NCBI GenBank assembly: GCA_025928955.1
Contig: JAICNA010000002.1
Location: forward strand, 1-38,909
Reading direction: 5' to 3'
Length of the DNA stretch: 38,909 nt
Source of the DNA: Gemmatimonadales bacterium
GTDB taxonomy: Bacteria; Gemmatimonadota; Gemmatimonadetes; Gemmatimonadales; GWC2-71-9
Shown: positions 1 to 9,323 of the stretch, piece after piece
Layout of the letters: each line of letters starts with the position of its first letter
Position numbering within the stretch: the first letter of the stretch is position 1
The notes under the pieces: generated by a model
Database searches by the model: none
What the model saw: only the letters and a program-made list of their open reading frames with translations
Told to the model about the DNA's origin: nothing
Made by a program: the position numbers and the translations under genes

Positions 1-1
1 C

Positions 2-1132
2 GGCGCGGTCGGCTTCGCCGCACAGCCCCCGGTCTTCCTGCTCGCGCGGGTCGGCGGGCTCTCCCCCGACCGCCACGACCGGAGGCGGATCCTGCTCGTG
101 ACGCAGGCCGTGTCGATGATGCTCGCCCTCGGGCTCGGGGTCCTCACGCTCTCGGGCCGAATCGAGGTATGGCACGTCGCGACGATCGCCGCGCTGCTGG
201 GCGTGGTCAACGGGTTCGACATTCCGACCCGGCAGGCATTCGTCACCGAGCTCGTCGGACGGCAGGACCTGGTCAACGCGATCGCGCTCAACTCGTCGAT
301 GTTCAACGGCGCGCGCATCATCGGGCCGGCTGTCGCGGGCGTCGTGGTGGCCGCCGTCGGCGAAGGATGGTGCTTTCTCGCCAACGGCGCCTCCTACCTC
401 GCGGTCCTCGCGGGCCTGATCGCGATCCGCCGGCCCGTCCCGGTTCGCGAGGCGCGCGAGGGAACGGCATTCGCCGAGGTGGCGGAGGGCTTCCGGTTCG
501 CCGCCGGGACGGCTCCGGTCCGGGCGCTGCTCCTGCTGCTCGGACTCGTCAGCCTCACGGGAATGCCGTACGCGGTGCTCATGCCGGTAATGGCAGCGGG
601 CGTCCTCGGCGCGGGCGCGGGCGGACTCGGCATCCTGATGGGCGCCTCGGGCGCCGGGGCGCTCGGCGGCGCGCTCCTGCTGGCGCGGCGCGGCTCCGTG
701 CGCGGCCTGGGCAGGTGGGTCGCGCTTGCGGCGACGGGGTTCGGCGTGAGCCTCGTGCTCTTCGCACTTTCCCGCTCGTTCTGGCTGTCGGTGCTGCTGC
801 TGCTTCCGGTGGGGTTCTCGATGATGATCCAGATGTCATCATCGAACACGCTCATCCAGTCGATGGTGCCCGACCGGCTGCGGGGGCGGGTCATGGCGGT
901 CTACTCGATGATGTTCATGGGGATGGCCCCGTTCGGCGCGCTCCTGGCCGGCGTGCTCGCCGACCGGCTCGGTGCGCCCGCGACGATCGCGACGGGCGGC
1001 ATCGTGAGCATCGCCGGGGCCACCGTATTCCGCCGGAGGCTTCCCCGCCTCGGCGCCGAGGCCCGCCGGCTCATCATCGCGCAGGAGGCAGGCGCGGGTG
1101 ACCCGCCGCAGGAGCGCACCGGCGCCGGCTGA
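2..1132 (+). CDS. MFS transporter (MFS_3 / EntS-like exporter family), 5' end cut by the window edge
   Basis: The frame stays open from base 2 (GAVGFAAQPPVFLLARVGGLSPDRHDRRRILLVTQAVSMML...) into the 98..1132 track ORF. There are many hydrophobic helices. The segment VNGFDIPTRQAFVTELVGRQDLVNAIALNSSMFNGARIIGPAVAG is typical of this MFS subfamily. Confidence 0.8.
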   Translation, partial: GAVGFAAQPPVFLLARVGGLSPDRHDRRRILLVTQAVSMMLALGLGVLTLSGRIEVWHVATIAALLGVVNGFDIPTRQAFVTELVGRQDLVNAIALNSSMFNGARIIGPAVAGVVVAAVGEGWCFLANGASYLAVLAGLIAIRRPVPVREAREGTAFAEVAEGFRFAAGTAPVRALLLLLGLVSLTGMPYAVLMPVMAAGVLGAGAGGLGILMGASGAGALGGALLLARRGSVRGLGRWVALAATGFGVSLVLFALSRSFWLSVLLLLPVGFSMMIQMSSSNTLIQSMVPDRLRGRVMAVYSMMFMGMAPFGALLAGVLADRLGAPATIATGGIVSIAGATVFRRRLPRLGAEARRLIIAQEAGAGDPPQERTGAG

Positions 1133-1199
1133 GCGGGGCCGCCTGCCCGGCCGCGGGGAGCCCTTGCCGCCGCACTCGAACCGGCGAACTTTCAGGTCA

Positions 1200-3503
1200 A
1201 TGCCTCCTGAAACCAGCAGCGCGGGCGGACTCCGGCGCATCTCGGATCCGCTCCCGCTCATCGAGCAGTCACCGGTCGGGATCACGATCACCCGGCACGG
1301 GACCCTGATGTACGCGAACCAGGCTGCCGCCGAGATCTTCGGCTATCCGTCCCGCGCCGAGCTCGAGGACCGGAGCACGCTCGACGTCGTCGCGCCCGAG
1401 AGCCGCGAGATGGTCGCCGACCGGATGCGCCGACGGCTCCGCGGGGAGGACGTCCCCCGCTCCTACGACTACATGGCGCTGCGTCGCGACGGATCGCGCG
1501 CGGAAGTCCACATGGAGATCGTGCAGCTCGAGTTGTCCGACGGGCCGGCGCTCATCGCCTACCACATGGACGTGACCGAGCGCAGGCGCGCGGAGCGAGC
1601 GCTCCGCGAAAGCGAGGCCCGCTTCCGCAACATGGCGGACCATGCGCCCGTCGTGATGCGCGTGACCGATGCCGACGGCAACTGCACCTACCTCAACCAG
1701 CCGTGGTATGCGTTCACCGGCCAGTCGGCGCATGAGGCGCAGGGATCCGGGTGGCTCGACGCGATCCATCCGGACGACCGGAGCCGCGTGGAGCTGGAGC
1801 TCCGGCAGGCCAGCCACGCGCGTCAGGCCTTCAGCGCCGAATATCGCCTGCGGCGCGCCGACGCGGCCTACCGCTGGGTCTTCGATTCGGCCGCGCCCCG
1901 GGTAGATGACGCCGGTCATTTCCTCGGCTACGTCGCCTCGGTGGTCGACATCGACGAGCGGCGTGCCGCGGAGATCGTCGATGCCCGCCTGGCCGCGATC
2001 GTGCAATCCTCGGACGACGCGATCGTCAGCAAGACGCTCGAGGGCGTCGTCATGAGCTGGAACGAGGCGGCCACCCGCATCTTCGGCTTCGAGGCGGCCG
2101 AGATGATCGGGACGTCGATCTATCGCCTCATTCCACCCGAGCGGCACGACGAGGAGCGGCGCGTGATCGAGCGCATCTCCCGCGGCGAGCGCGTCGCGCG
2201 CATCGAGACCGAGCGGCTCCGCAAGGACGGCGGACGCATCGTGATCGAGCTCTCCGTCTCGCCCCTGCGCGACCGGAGCGGCCGGATCGTCGGCGCCGCC
2301 TCGATCAAGCGGGACGTCACGGAGCGGCGGCGGGCCGAGCAGCAGCTGCGGCAGGCGGCCAAGATGGAGGCGATCGGCCGCGTGGCCGGTGGCCTGGCGC
2401 ACGACTTCAACAACCAGCTGCACGCCCTGCGCGGGTTCGCCGATTTCGTCGCCCGCGACCCGAACCTCGGTCCGACCGCGCGTGAGGACCTGCACCAGGT
2501 GCAGCGCGCCGCCGACCGCATGGCGAGCCTCACCCGCCAGCTCCTCGCATTCAGCCGCCGGCAGGTGCTCACACCCGAGACGGTGGACCTCGACGGCGCG
2601 GTCTCCGAGATGCAGCCGATGCTGCAGCGACTGATCGGCAGCAACGTGGAAATGCGCGTGGACCGTGCGCCGGGCACGAAGTGGGTCCGCGTGGATCCCG
2701 CCCAGCTGCTGCAGGTAGTCATGAACCTCGCCATCAACGCGCGCGACGCGATGCCCGGCGGCGGCCGGCTCGAAATGCGCACCGGAACCTGCTGGCTCGG
2801 AACCGCGGATGTCCTCGTGATGGAGGAGTTCGAGCTGGAACCCGGTGAGTTCGCGGTGCTCTCGGTGAGCGACTCCGGAGTGGGCATCGAGCCGGCAGAC
2901 CTGCCGCAGATCTTCGAGCCCTTCTTCACGACGAAGGGCATCGGCGAAGGCACGGGACTCGGCCTGCCGACGGTCCACGGCATCGTGACGCAGAGCCACG
3001 GAGCGATCCAGGTCACGAGCACGCCCGGCCGCGGGACCACGTTCACGATCTACCTTCCGCTGGCTCCGGCGCCGGAGCCCGACCAGCCGGCGCTGTCCCG
3101 TGCCTCCGGCGCGCACGAGATCGGCGCACGGGTGCTCGTCGTGGACGACGAGGATCTCGTTCGCGAGGTCGCGGCGCGGTCGCTCGAGCAGGCGGGCTTC
3201 CGGGTGCAGCGGGCACGGCATGGGCGTGAGGCGCTGCAGATTCTCGAGACTGCTCCCCGGTTCGACCTCGTCGTGAGTGATGTCGTGATGCCGGTCATGG
3301 GGGGTCGCGAGCTGGGCCAGCGCCTCGCGGGGATCTATCCCGACCTGCCGATCATCTGGATGTCGGGCCACCCGCGCGAGGCATTGTCGGACATCGTCGG
3401 CACCGCCGAGGAGAGCCGCTATCTCCAGAAGCCGGTCGCGCCGGATACGCTGGTGAGCGCCGCGCGGCGTGTGTTGCACCTGCGCGGGGCCGCCGAGCGC
3501 TGA
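1200..3503 (+). CDS. Hybrid sensor histidine kinase (3 PAS modules, HisKA, HATPase_c, C-terminal receiver)
   Basis: PAS-like blocks are present (GTLMYANQAAAEIFGY; CTYLNQPWYAFTGQ...WLDAIHPDD; VMSWNEAATRIFGF). The H-box is GGLAHDFNNQL. ATPase boxes are NLAINARDAMPGGG, DSGVGIEP and GTGLGLP. The receiver reads VLVVDDEDLV...DLVVSDVVMPVMGG...IWMSGH...LQKP. I prefer the ATG at 1200 because the track start at 1098 overlaps the MFS gene. Confidence 0.9.
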   Translation: MPPETSSAGGLRRISDPLPLIEQSPVGITITRHGTLMYANQAAAEIFGYPSRAELEDRSTLDVVAPESREMVADRMRRRLRGEDVPRSYDYMALRRDGSRAEVHMEIVQLELSDGPALIAYHMDVTERRRAERALRESEARFRNMADHAPVVMRVTDADGNCTYLNQPWYAFTGQSAHEAQGSGWLDAIHPDDRSRVELELRQASHARQAFSAEYRLRRADAAYRWVFDSAAPRVDDAGHFLGYVASVVDIDERRAAEIVDARLAAIVQSSDDAIVSKTLEGVVMSWNEAATRIFGFEAAEMIGTSIYRLIPPERHDEERRVIERISRGERVARIETERLRKDGGRIVIELSVSPLRDRSGRIVGAASIKRDVTERRRAEQQLRQAAKMEAIGRVAGGLAHDFNNQLHALRGFADFVARDPNLGPTAREDLHQVQRAADRMASLTRQLLAFSRRQVLTPETVDLDGAVSEMQPMLQRLIGSNVEMRVDRAPGTKWVRVDPAQLLQVVMNLAINARDAMPGGGRLEMRTGTCWLGTADVLVMEEFELEPGEFAVLSVSDSGVGIEPADLPQIFEPFFTTKGIGEGTGLGLPTVHGIVTQSHGAIQVTSTPGRGTTFTIYLPLAPAPEPDQPALSRASGAHEIGARVLVVDDEDLVREVAARSLEQAGFRVQRARHGREALQILETAPRFDLVVSDVVMPVMGGRELGQRLAGIYPDLPIIWMSGHPREALSDIVGTAEESRYLQKPVAPDTLVSAARRVLHLRGAAER

Positions 3504-3509
3504 CGCCGC

Positions 3510-5564
3510 TCAGGGCAGGACCGACAGCCGACCCTCGAAGCCCGCGACCAGGTGCCTCCCCGGTGCCGGTTCGAACACTCGCCCGTTGAAGCCATTGATG
3601 GTCACCGAGCCGACGTAGTCGCGATCGGCCAGATTCTGCAATGCGACGAACGGGGAGACGATGACGTCTCCCACGCGTCCCACCCACCGCAGGCGCAGGT
3701 CGGTGACGCCCGCGCCCCAGCCCTTCGCCTCGATGGTGTTCGCATCGTCCGCCCACACACGAGAGCTCATTGCGTGCTCGACCGCAATCGACAGCGGCCC
3801 CGGTGAGAAGGCGATGCGCGCCCGGGCATGATGCCTCGGCACGCCCGGCAGCAGGCGTCCATCGAGGGACGCCCCGTCCGCCTCGTAGTCGGTGAACCGG
3901 TAGTCTGCGAACGTGTAGGCGACTGTCAGGAACACGCCCGCACCCGGCTGAGCCGAAGCCGCGCCCTCGATGCCCCGCTGGCGGACGCGGCCGGCATTGC
4001 GGAAGAACGCGCGTCCGCCGACCTCCTCGAACTGCGTGATCGCGTCGCGGATCCCCGAGGAGAACGCGGCGGCTGACCATTCCAGTACCGCGGTCTGGCC
4101 GCGCGCCCCGAGCTCGACGGCGAGGGCGCGCTGCGGGCCGAGGTCGGGGTTGAGGCCGCCGGTGCCGTCCGGCCGGTTACCGAGCTCGGTGGTGGTTGGC
4201 GTCTCGAAGGCCGTGGCGACGCTCGCGTAGGCACGTACGCCCCTGCCGAGGTCGACGCTCGCACCGCCACGCGCGCTCCATGCGGCGAGCACGCGCCGCC
4301 CCCCGTCGTCACCATCATCGAGCAAACGGTCCTCCACCTCGAACGAGGTGCGGTCGTACCGTGCGCCCGCTTCCAGGACCACTCGCGGAAGCAGCGGCCA
4401 GTCGACCTGCAGAAATGGCCCCACTTCGCTCACGCGGTCGATCTGGTTCACCAGCAGCTCGGCCGTGGCCGCGCTTTCGTTGCTGCGATGGTCCCGCATT
4501 ACCTGCACATCCATGCCGGCGGTGATTCGCGGCGCGCTGCCCGCGCCGAGCCGGCGCGACGCGTCGATCCGCGCACCGGCCACGGCCCGGTCGAGCCCGA
4601 CGACGATCCCCGTGGCGAGGGGATTCTCGAGATCGCGCCAGAGGCCGTAGGCCACGGCGGCGTACTCGCCCGTCGCGTGCCGGTGACGCACCTGAAGCGA
4701 TGCCTGCTGCTGCGTGACCGCCTTGCCGGCGTCGGCCGCGAGGTTGTTCGGCGCGGCGGCGCGGCGGTCCGACGCCAGCTCCGCGGCCGTGAGCGCGCCG
4801 GGATTGTCCGCCCGCGGGTGGTCGGCGGCGCCGACGCGCAGCGCCGCGGTGGTGGCCGGCCCGAGCCCCATCTCGAGGAACCCGGAGAGCTGGCGCTGAT
4901 CGGTGTCACTGTGGGCGCGGAAGCCGTCGCTCGTCATGCGCGACACGCTGAGTGCGCCGGCGAAGGCGCCTCGCCGCGCGGCCGTGCGCGAATACCACTT
5001 GAGGGTACCGAATGCGCCACCCTCCACGCCGGCACGCTGGGCGAATCGCACGGCCTCGACCGTGCCGGTGCTGAGCGCGATGACTCCGCCGGAGGCGTTG
5101 CCATGCAGCGCGGACGCGGCGCCCCGGAGCACCTCGACGCGGGTCACATCCTCGGCCTCAATGTTCGTGAACTGCGTCTGCCCATCCGGCAGCGTCTGCG
5201 GAACGCCATCGAGCAGGACACGAACCCCGCGCGAGCCGAAATTCGCGCGACTCCCGAAGCCCCGGATCGAAAGCCGCTGGTCGAGGGAGAAGTTGTATCG
5301 ATTGGCGACATACACGCCGGGCACGCCGCCGACGAGCCCGTCGATCCCGTCGAGCGGAGCAGGATCACCGAGCTGCGCGCCCTCGAGAATCGTCACGGCC
5401 ATTGGAAGCCGCTCCACCGGTTCCGCCGTACGCGTCGACGTCACGATGATCGGCGCAACCTCCACGGGAACGCTGCGCGTGGAATCCGCCTCCTGCGCGC
5501 CCACGAGTCCCGGAATCGCGATCAGGAACGGCAGAGCCAACGTAATGCGGATGCTCGGACTCAT
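3510..5564 (-). CDS. TonB-dependent outer-membrane receptor
   Basis: Signal peptide MSPSIRITLALPFLIAIPGLVGAQE. Plug-domain blocks are IVTSTRTAEPVERLPMAVTIL, RGFGSRANFGSRGVRVLLDGVP and VEVLRGAASALHG, followed by a long barrel region. The gene is convergent with the kinase gene, with only 6 bp between the stop codons. Confidence 0.88.
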   Translation of the reverse strand: MSPSIRITLALPFLIAIPGLVGAQEADSTRSVPVEVAPIIVTSTRTAEPVERLPMAVTILEGAQLGDPAPLDGIDGLVGGVPGVYVANRYNFSLDQRLSIRGFGSRANFGSRGVRVLLDGVPQTLPDGQTQFTNIEAEDVTRVEVLRGAASALHGNASGGVIALSTGTVEAVRFAQRAGVEGGAFGTLKWYSRTAARRGAFAGALSVSRMTSDGFRAHSDTDQRQLSGFLEMGLGPATTAALRVGAADHPRADNPGALTAAELASDRRAAAPNNLAADAGKAVTQQQASLQVRHRHATGEYAAVAYGLWRDLENPLATGIVVGLDRAVAGARIDASRRLGAGSAPRITAGMDVQVMRDHRSNESAATAELLVNQIDRVSEVGPFLQVDWPLLPRVVLEAGARYDRTSFEVEDRLLDDGDDGGRRVLAAWSARGGASVDLGRGVRAYASVATAFETPTTTELGNRPDGTGGLNPDLGPQRALAVELGARGQTAVLEWSAAAFSSGIRDAITQFEEVGGRAFFRNAGRVRQRGIEGAASAQPGAGVFLTVAYTFADYRFTDYEADGASLDGRLLPGVPRHHARARIAFSPGPLSIAVEHAMSSRVWADDANTIEAKGWGAGVTDLRLRWVGRVGDVIVSPFVALQNLADRDYVGSVTINGFNGRVFEPAPGRHLVAGFEGRLSVLP

Positions 5565-5615
5565 GCAGGAAGGTAGTCGCGGAGGCAGATCAGCCGGGTC
5601 GGCAGGCCCGCCAGC

Positions 5616-5644
5616 GGTGAAGATTCCTTCAGAGGAACTTCACC
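5616..5644. promoter_or_regulatory. Near-perfect inverted repeat in the divergent TBDR / L,D-transpeptidase intergenic region (candidate operator or leader hairpin)
   Basis: GGTGAAGATTCCT-TCAG-AGGAACTTCACC has 12-bp arms with one bulged A and a 4-nt spacer. It sits in the least GC-rich patch of the 128-bp intergenic region, about 50 nt upstream of the receptor start. Confidence 0.3.
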
Positions 5645-5692
5645 GCCGGTTGGACGCCCGCATGCGAGGCTTCAGGCAGCCGGAGAGATCTC

Positions 5693-6508
5693 ATGATCGC
5701 GCTCGTCCACGCCGCGTTCGCAGCATGTGCCGCTGTCGGGGTCCTGTTGCCGGCGGCGGGGGGGCGCACCGATCCGCGCGTGTTCCTCTCCAGTCCCGAC
5801 AGCATTTCCGTTCGGCTCAACCTGCCGGCGTACCGGCTGGACGTCCGTGCAGGGGAGTCTCTCGTGTCCTACCGCGTCGCCATCGGCTCCCGGCGGTATC
5901 CGACGCCCACCGGCACGTTCGCGCTGCTTCGCATCGAACTCAACCCGGGCTGGGTCCCGCCTGCCAGCGACTGGGCGCGCGATCGCGAGCCGATGCCGCC
6001 CGGACCGCGGAATCCGATGGGCCGGGTGAAGATCGAGTTCCTCCCGACATACTATCTTCACGGGACACCGGAACCCGAATCGGTCGGCTCCAGCGCCTCG
6101 CACGGATGCGTGCGGTTGCGCAACGAGGATGCGCTGGAACTCGCGGGGCGGCTCCTCTCCTGGGGGCGCCCCGATCTCGACGATTCGACCGTGAGCGGGT
6201 GGCTCGCGGATGCGGTGGCAGGCCGGCGCATTTCGCTCGAGCAAGCCGTGCCGCTGGAGATCCGGTACGACCTGGTCGAGGTCAGCGCGGGACGCGTGCA
6301 CGTACATCCCGACCCGTACCGGCTCCGCTCCGATTCCACGGATGCGCTCGCGCAGGCGCGGCTGGTCGAAGCGCTCGCGCCGGCCCCGGTGCCCGCGGGA
6401 ATCGCCGGCCGCCTGCTGGATCTCGCGCGCTCGGCAGGGTTCACGATCTCGACGGACAGCGTGAGCGCCGGGCAGCTCCCGCCGCCTGCCGCACCGGTCG
6501 CCGATTGA
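5693..6508 (+). CDS. L,D-transpeptidase (YkuD domain)
   Basis: Hydrophobic N-terminus. The catalytic signature is YYLHGTPEPESVGSSASHGCVRL (His ... Ser-x-Gly-Cys-Val-Arg). GGAGA lies 6 nt upstream of the ATG. Confidence 0.85.
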   Translation: MIALVHAAFAACAAVGVLLPAAGGRTDPRVFLSSPDSISVRLNLPAYRLDVRAGESLVSYRVAIGSRRYPTPTGTFALLRIELNPGWVPPASDWARDREPMPPGPRNPMGRVKIEFLPTYYLHGTPEPESVGSSASHGCVRLRNEDALELAGRLLSWGRPDLDDSTVSGWLADAVAGRRISLEQAVPLEIRYDLVEVSAGRVHVHPDPYRLRSDSTDALAQARLVEALAPAPVPAGIAGRLLDLARSAGFTISTDSVSAGQLPPPAAPVAD

Positions 6509-6519
6509 AAGGAGGCACG

Positions 6520-7425
6520 ATGCTCCGGAGCATCATGGTTCCCCTCGACGGTTCGCCACTCGCCGACCTCGCCATCGAGCCGGCCGCAGCCCTCGCACTG
6601 CACCACGGGGCACTGCTCCTGCTGGTGACCGTACACGAAGCGCTCGCGCCGACGGAGGAGCTGGATCGCGCCGACCGCGAGGCCCTCGCCGCCCATCTCG
6701 AAGCGATCCGTACCGCCACGGCCGAGAAATGGCGGATCCGGACCGAGACGGTGCGGCTCGATGCCGGGCGCGCTGTCGCCGAGCGGCTGGCCGACGTCGC
6801 CGACACGCGCGAGGTCGACCTCGTGGTCATGACGACGCATGGCCGTGGCGCCGCGGGACGCGCCTGGTTCGGCAGCGTGGTCGATCATTTCGTCCGTATC
6901 GCACCCTGCCCCGTCCTGCTGATCAGGAAATCCACCGGCGAGAGCCGCGCCAGCTTTCGCCGGATCCTCGTGCCTCTGGATGGAAGCGCGGGGGCCGAAC
7001 TCGCGCTCGCCGACGCCGCGCTGCTGGCCAGCGATCGCAGCGAGATCCTCGTGCTGCGGGTGATCGTTCCCGTCATCACCTTCTCGTCGGCGCCCGCCGG
7101 CGATACGCTCCTCTCGGGCGGTGTCCTCGACGAGCAGCGGCGCGAGGCGGAGCGCTACGCGAACGCGATGGCCGCGCGGCTCGAATCCGATGGGCACCGC
7201 GCGCGCGGTATCGCGGTGATCGACACGAGCCCGGCCGCCGCCATCCTCGACGTGGCGGAGGAGCAGCGGCCCGATCTCATCGTCATGGCCGGCGCCCGCC
7301 GGAGCGGCGCGGACCGCTTTCTCCTCGGCAGCGTCATGGACAAGGTCGTGCGGCAGGCGCATGTGCCGGTCCTCATCCGCCGCATTGCCGGGAAGGAGGG
7401 GCAGGCACGGGATCGCGCGCCGTGA
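6520..7425 (+). CDS. Universal stress protein, tandem Usp domains
   Basis: Two Usp-like halves are visible (MLRSIMVPLDGSPLADLAIEPA...VVMTTHGRGAAGRAWFGSVVDHFVRIAPCPVLLI, and RILVPLDGSAGAELAL...IVMAGARRSGADRFLLGSVMDKVVRQAHVPVLI). A strong SD (AAAGGAGG) ends 5 nt before the ATG at 6520. The upstream part of the 4903..7425 track ORF is artefact. Confidence 0.88.
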   Translation: MLRSIMVPLDGSPLADLAIEPAAALALHHGALLLLVTVHEALAPTEELDRADREALAAHLEAIRTATAEKWRIRTETVRLDAGRAVAERLADVADTREVDLVVMTTHGRGAAGRAWFGSVVDHFVRIAPCPVLLIRKSTGESRASFRRILVPLDGSAGAELALADAALLASDRSEILVLRVIVPVITFSSAPAGDTLLSGGVLDEQRREAERYANAMAARLESDGHRARGIAVIDTSPAAAILDVAEEQRPDLIVMAGARRSGADRFLLGSVMDKVVRQAHVPVLIRRIAGKEGQARDRAP

Positions 7426-9323
7426 CGGCCCGCCGCATGACGCTCGCCACGCTCGCCATTGCGGCGGTGGCGCTGAGCGCGATCGCGCTCGAGGCGGCCC
7501 GCTACTTCGGCCTTCTCCCAGGGGTATCCCCAGCACTTCCGATCGCCGCGCTCGCCATCGCAGGCATCCCGCTCGTCCTGCGAACGCTCTACGGCATCGT
7601 GCACGGCCGCTTCGCGGCCGACATCGTCGCGAGCCTGGCGATCGTGACCGCGTTCGCACTCATGCAACCTGTGGCGGGGTTGGTCGTGGTGCTGATGCAG
7701 TCGGGCGGCGAGCTGCTCGAGCGGCACGCCGAGGGACGGGCATCGCGCGCCGTGCGGGCGCTCGAGGAGGCGGCGCCCCGCTTCGCGCATCGCCTGATCG
7801 CGGGCGGCGTCGAGGAGGTCGCCGTCGAGTCGGTGCGCGCGGGGGACGAGCTTCTGGTATGGCCAGGGGAGATGATTCCCTGCGACGCCACGGTCGTCGG
7901 CGGGGCGTCCCACCTCGATACCTCGAGCATCACCGGGGAACCGCTGCCACGCTCCATCGGACCGGGCGCGCACGTGCTCAGCGGAAGCTTCAATCAGGAG
8001 GCTCCGCTCACGCTGCGCGCGACTGCGCCGGCCGCCGAGAGCCAGTACGCGCGAATCGTCGAGCTGGTCCGGAACGCCCAGGCGAGCCGCGCGCCGCTCC
8101 ACCGGCTGGCCGACCGCTACGCCGTCTGGTTCACGCCCATCACGCTGGCCGTGGCCGCCGTCGGGTATGCCGCCTCCGGTGATCCGCTCCGCATCCTCTC
8201 CGTACTCGTCGTCGCCACCCCCTGCCCGCTCATTCTCGCCGTGCCCGTCGCGATCATCGGAGGCGTGAATCGCGCGGCACGGCGCGGCATCATCGTCCGG
8301 AACGGCACCGCGCTCGAGCAGGTCGGCGGCGTGGATGTCGCGGTGTTCGACAAGACGGGCACGCTCACCATCGGCCGGCCGCGAGTCGCGCGCGTCGTGC
8401 CCGCCGCGCGGCAGGGGGAGGCGCAGCTGCTCCGGCTCGCCGCGGCCGTCGAGCATCACTCCTCCCACCTCCTCGCCCGCACGGTGGTGGAGGAAGCCGT
8501 ACGGGACGGCTCGGCACTCCCGGAGGCCACGCACGTCGTCGAGGCGCCCGGCCGCGGGGTCCGGGGAATCGTCGAGGGTCATGCGCTCGTCATCGGATCG
8601 CAGGAATACGTCGCGGACGCAATACACGGCGCGGCAGAGCTCGAATCGCTCATTCGCCCCGGCGTGCTCACGGCATCCATCGGGCTCGACGGCCGGGCCG
8701 GCGGCATCATCGAGTTCGAGGACCGGATCCGCGCCGAGGCGCGTGAGTCGCTGGCGGAGCTCGCGCGGCTCGGGGTCCGCCGCACCCTGCTGCTCACCGG
8801 TGATTCGCAGAGCAATGCGAGCGCCGTCGGCGGGGCGCTCGGGATTCCGGAGGCGCTCGGCGACCTCCTGGCCGAGGACAAGGTCGAGGTGGTCCGCCGG
8901 CTGGGAGCGGAGGGTGCGCGGGTGCTGATGATCGGGGATGGGACGAACGATGCGCCGGCGCTCGAGCACGCGCTCGTGGGCGTCGCCATCGCGCCGCGCG
9001 AGGCCGCCATCACGGCCGAGACGGCGGACATCGTCCTGCTCGCAGACGACCTGCGCCTGCTGCCCGCGGCGATCGAGATCGGCCGCCGCTCGCTGCGCAT
9101 CGCGCGCCAGAGCATCTGGGTGGGCCTCGGGCTCAGCGGCGTCGCCATGATCGTCGCCGCCGCCGGGCACATCCCGCCGACCGTCGGCGCCGTGCTCCAG
9201 GAGCTGATCGACGTCGCCGTGATCGTCAACGCGTTGCGGAGCGCGCGCGACCCCCTCACCGCGGCGGTCACGCCGCCACCGGTCCTGTCCCCGGTCCCGG
9301 AGGCCGCACGGACTCCGTCATGA
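7422..9323 (+). CDS. P1B-type (heavy-metal) P-type ATPase, PCP transmembrane motif, no N-terminal metal-binding domain
   Basis: Motifs are TGEP (SSITGEPLP), DKTGTLT, GDGTNDAPAL and the transmembrane stretch VVATPCPLILAVP. The protein starts directly with TM helices. The GTG at 7422 overlaps the Usp stop (GTGA). The ATG at 7437 is an alternative start. Confidence 0.88.
   Translation: MTARRMTLATLAIAAVALSAIALEAARYFGLLPGVSPALPIAALAIAGIPLVLRTLYGIVHGRFAADIVASLAIVTAFALMQPVAGLVVVLMQSGGELLERHAEGRASRAVRALEEAAPRFAHRLIAGGVEEVAVESVRAGDELLVWPGEMIPCDATVVGGASHLDTSSITGEPLPRSIGPGAHVLSGSFNQEAPLTLRATAPAAESQYARIVELVRNAQASRAPLHRLADRYAVWFTPITLAVAAVGYAASGDPLRILSVLVVATPCPLILAVPVAIIGGVNRAARRGIIVRNGTALEQVGGVDVAVFDKTGTLTIGRPRVARVVPAARQGEAQLLRLAAAVEHHSSHLLARTVVEEAVRDGSALPEATHVVEAPGRGVRGIVEGHALVIGSQEYVADAIHGAAELESLIRPGVLTASIGLDGRAGGIIEFEDRIRAEARESLAELARLGVRRTLLLTGDSQSNASAVGGALGIPEALGDLLAEDKVEVVRRLGAEGARVLMIGDGTNDAPALEHALVGVAIAPREAAITAETADIVLLADDLRLLPAAIEIGRRSLRIARQSIWVGLGLSGVAMIVAAAGHIPPTVGAVLQELIDVAVIVNALRSARDPLTAAVTPPPVLSPVPEAARTPS

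Noticed and set aside
5565-5692. A Fur/Zur box or cobalamin riboswitch upstream of the TonB-dependent receptor.
   Set aside because: No AT-rich 19-bp Fur-like palindrome or B12-box-like sequence was seen. Only the GC-containing palindrome reported separately is present.
4903-7425. An 840-aa plus-strand ORF, the longest in this part of the track.
   Set aside because: Only its last 301 codons (from the ATG at 6520, with a strong SD) look like a protein, namely the tandem Usp. The rest is Arg/Ala/Pro-rich, lies antisense to the TonB-dependent receptor, and overlaps the L,D-transpeptidase gene out of frame. This is a typical high-GC open frame.
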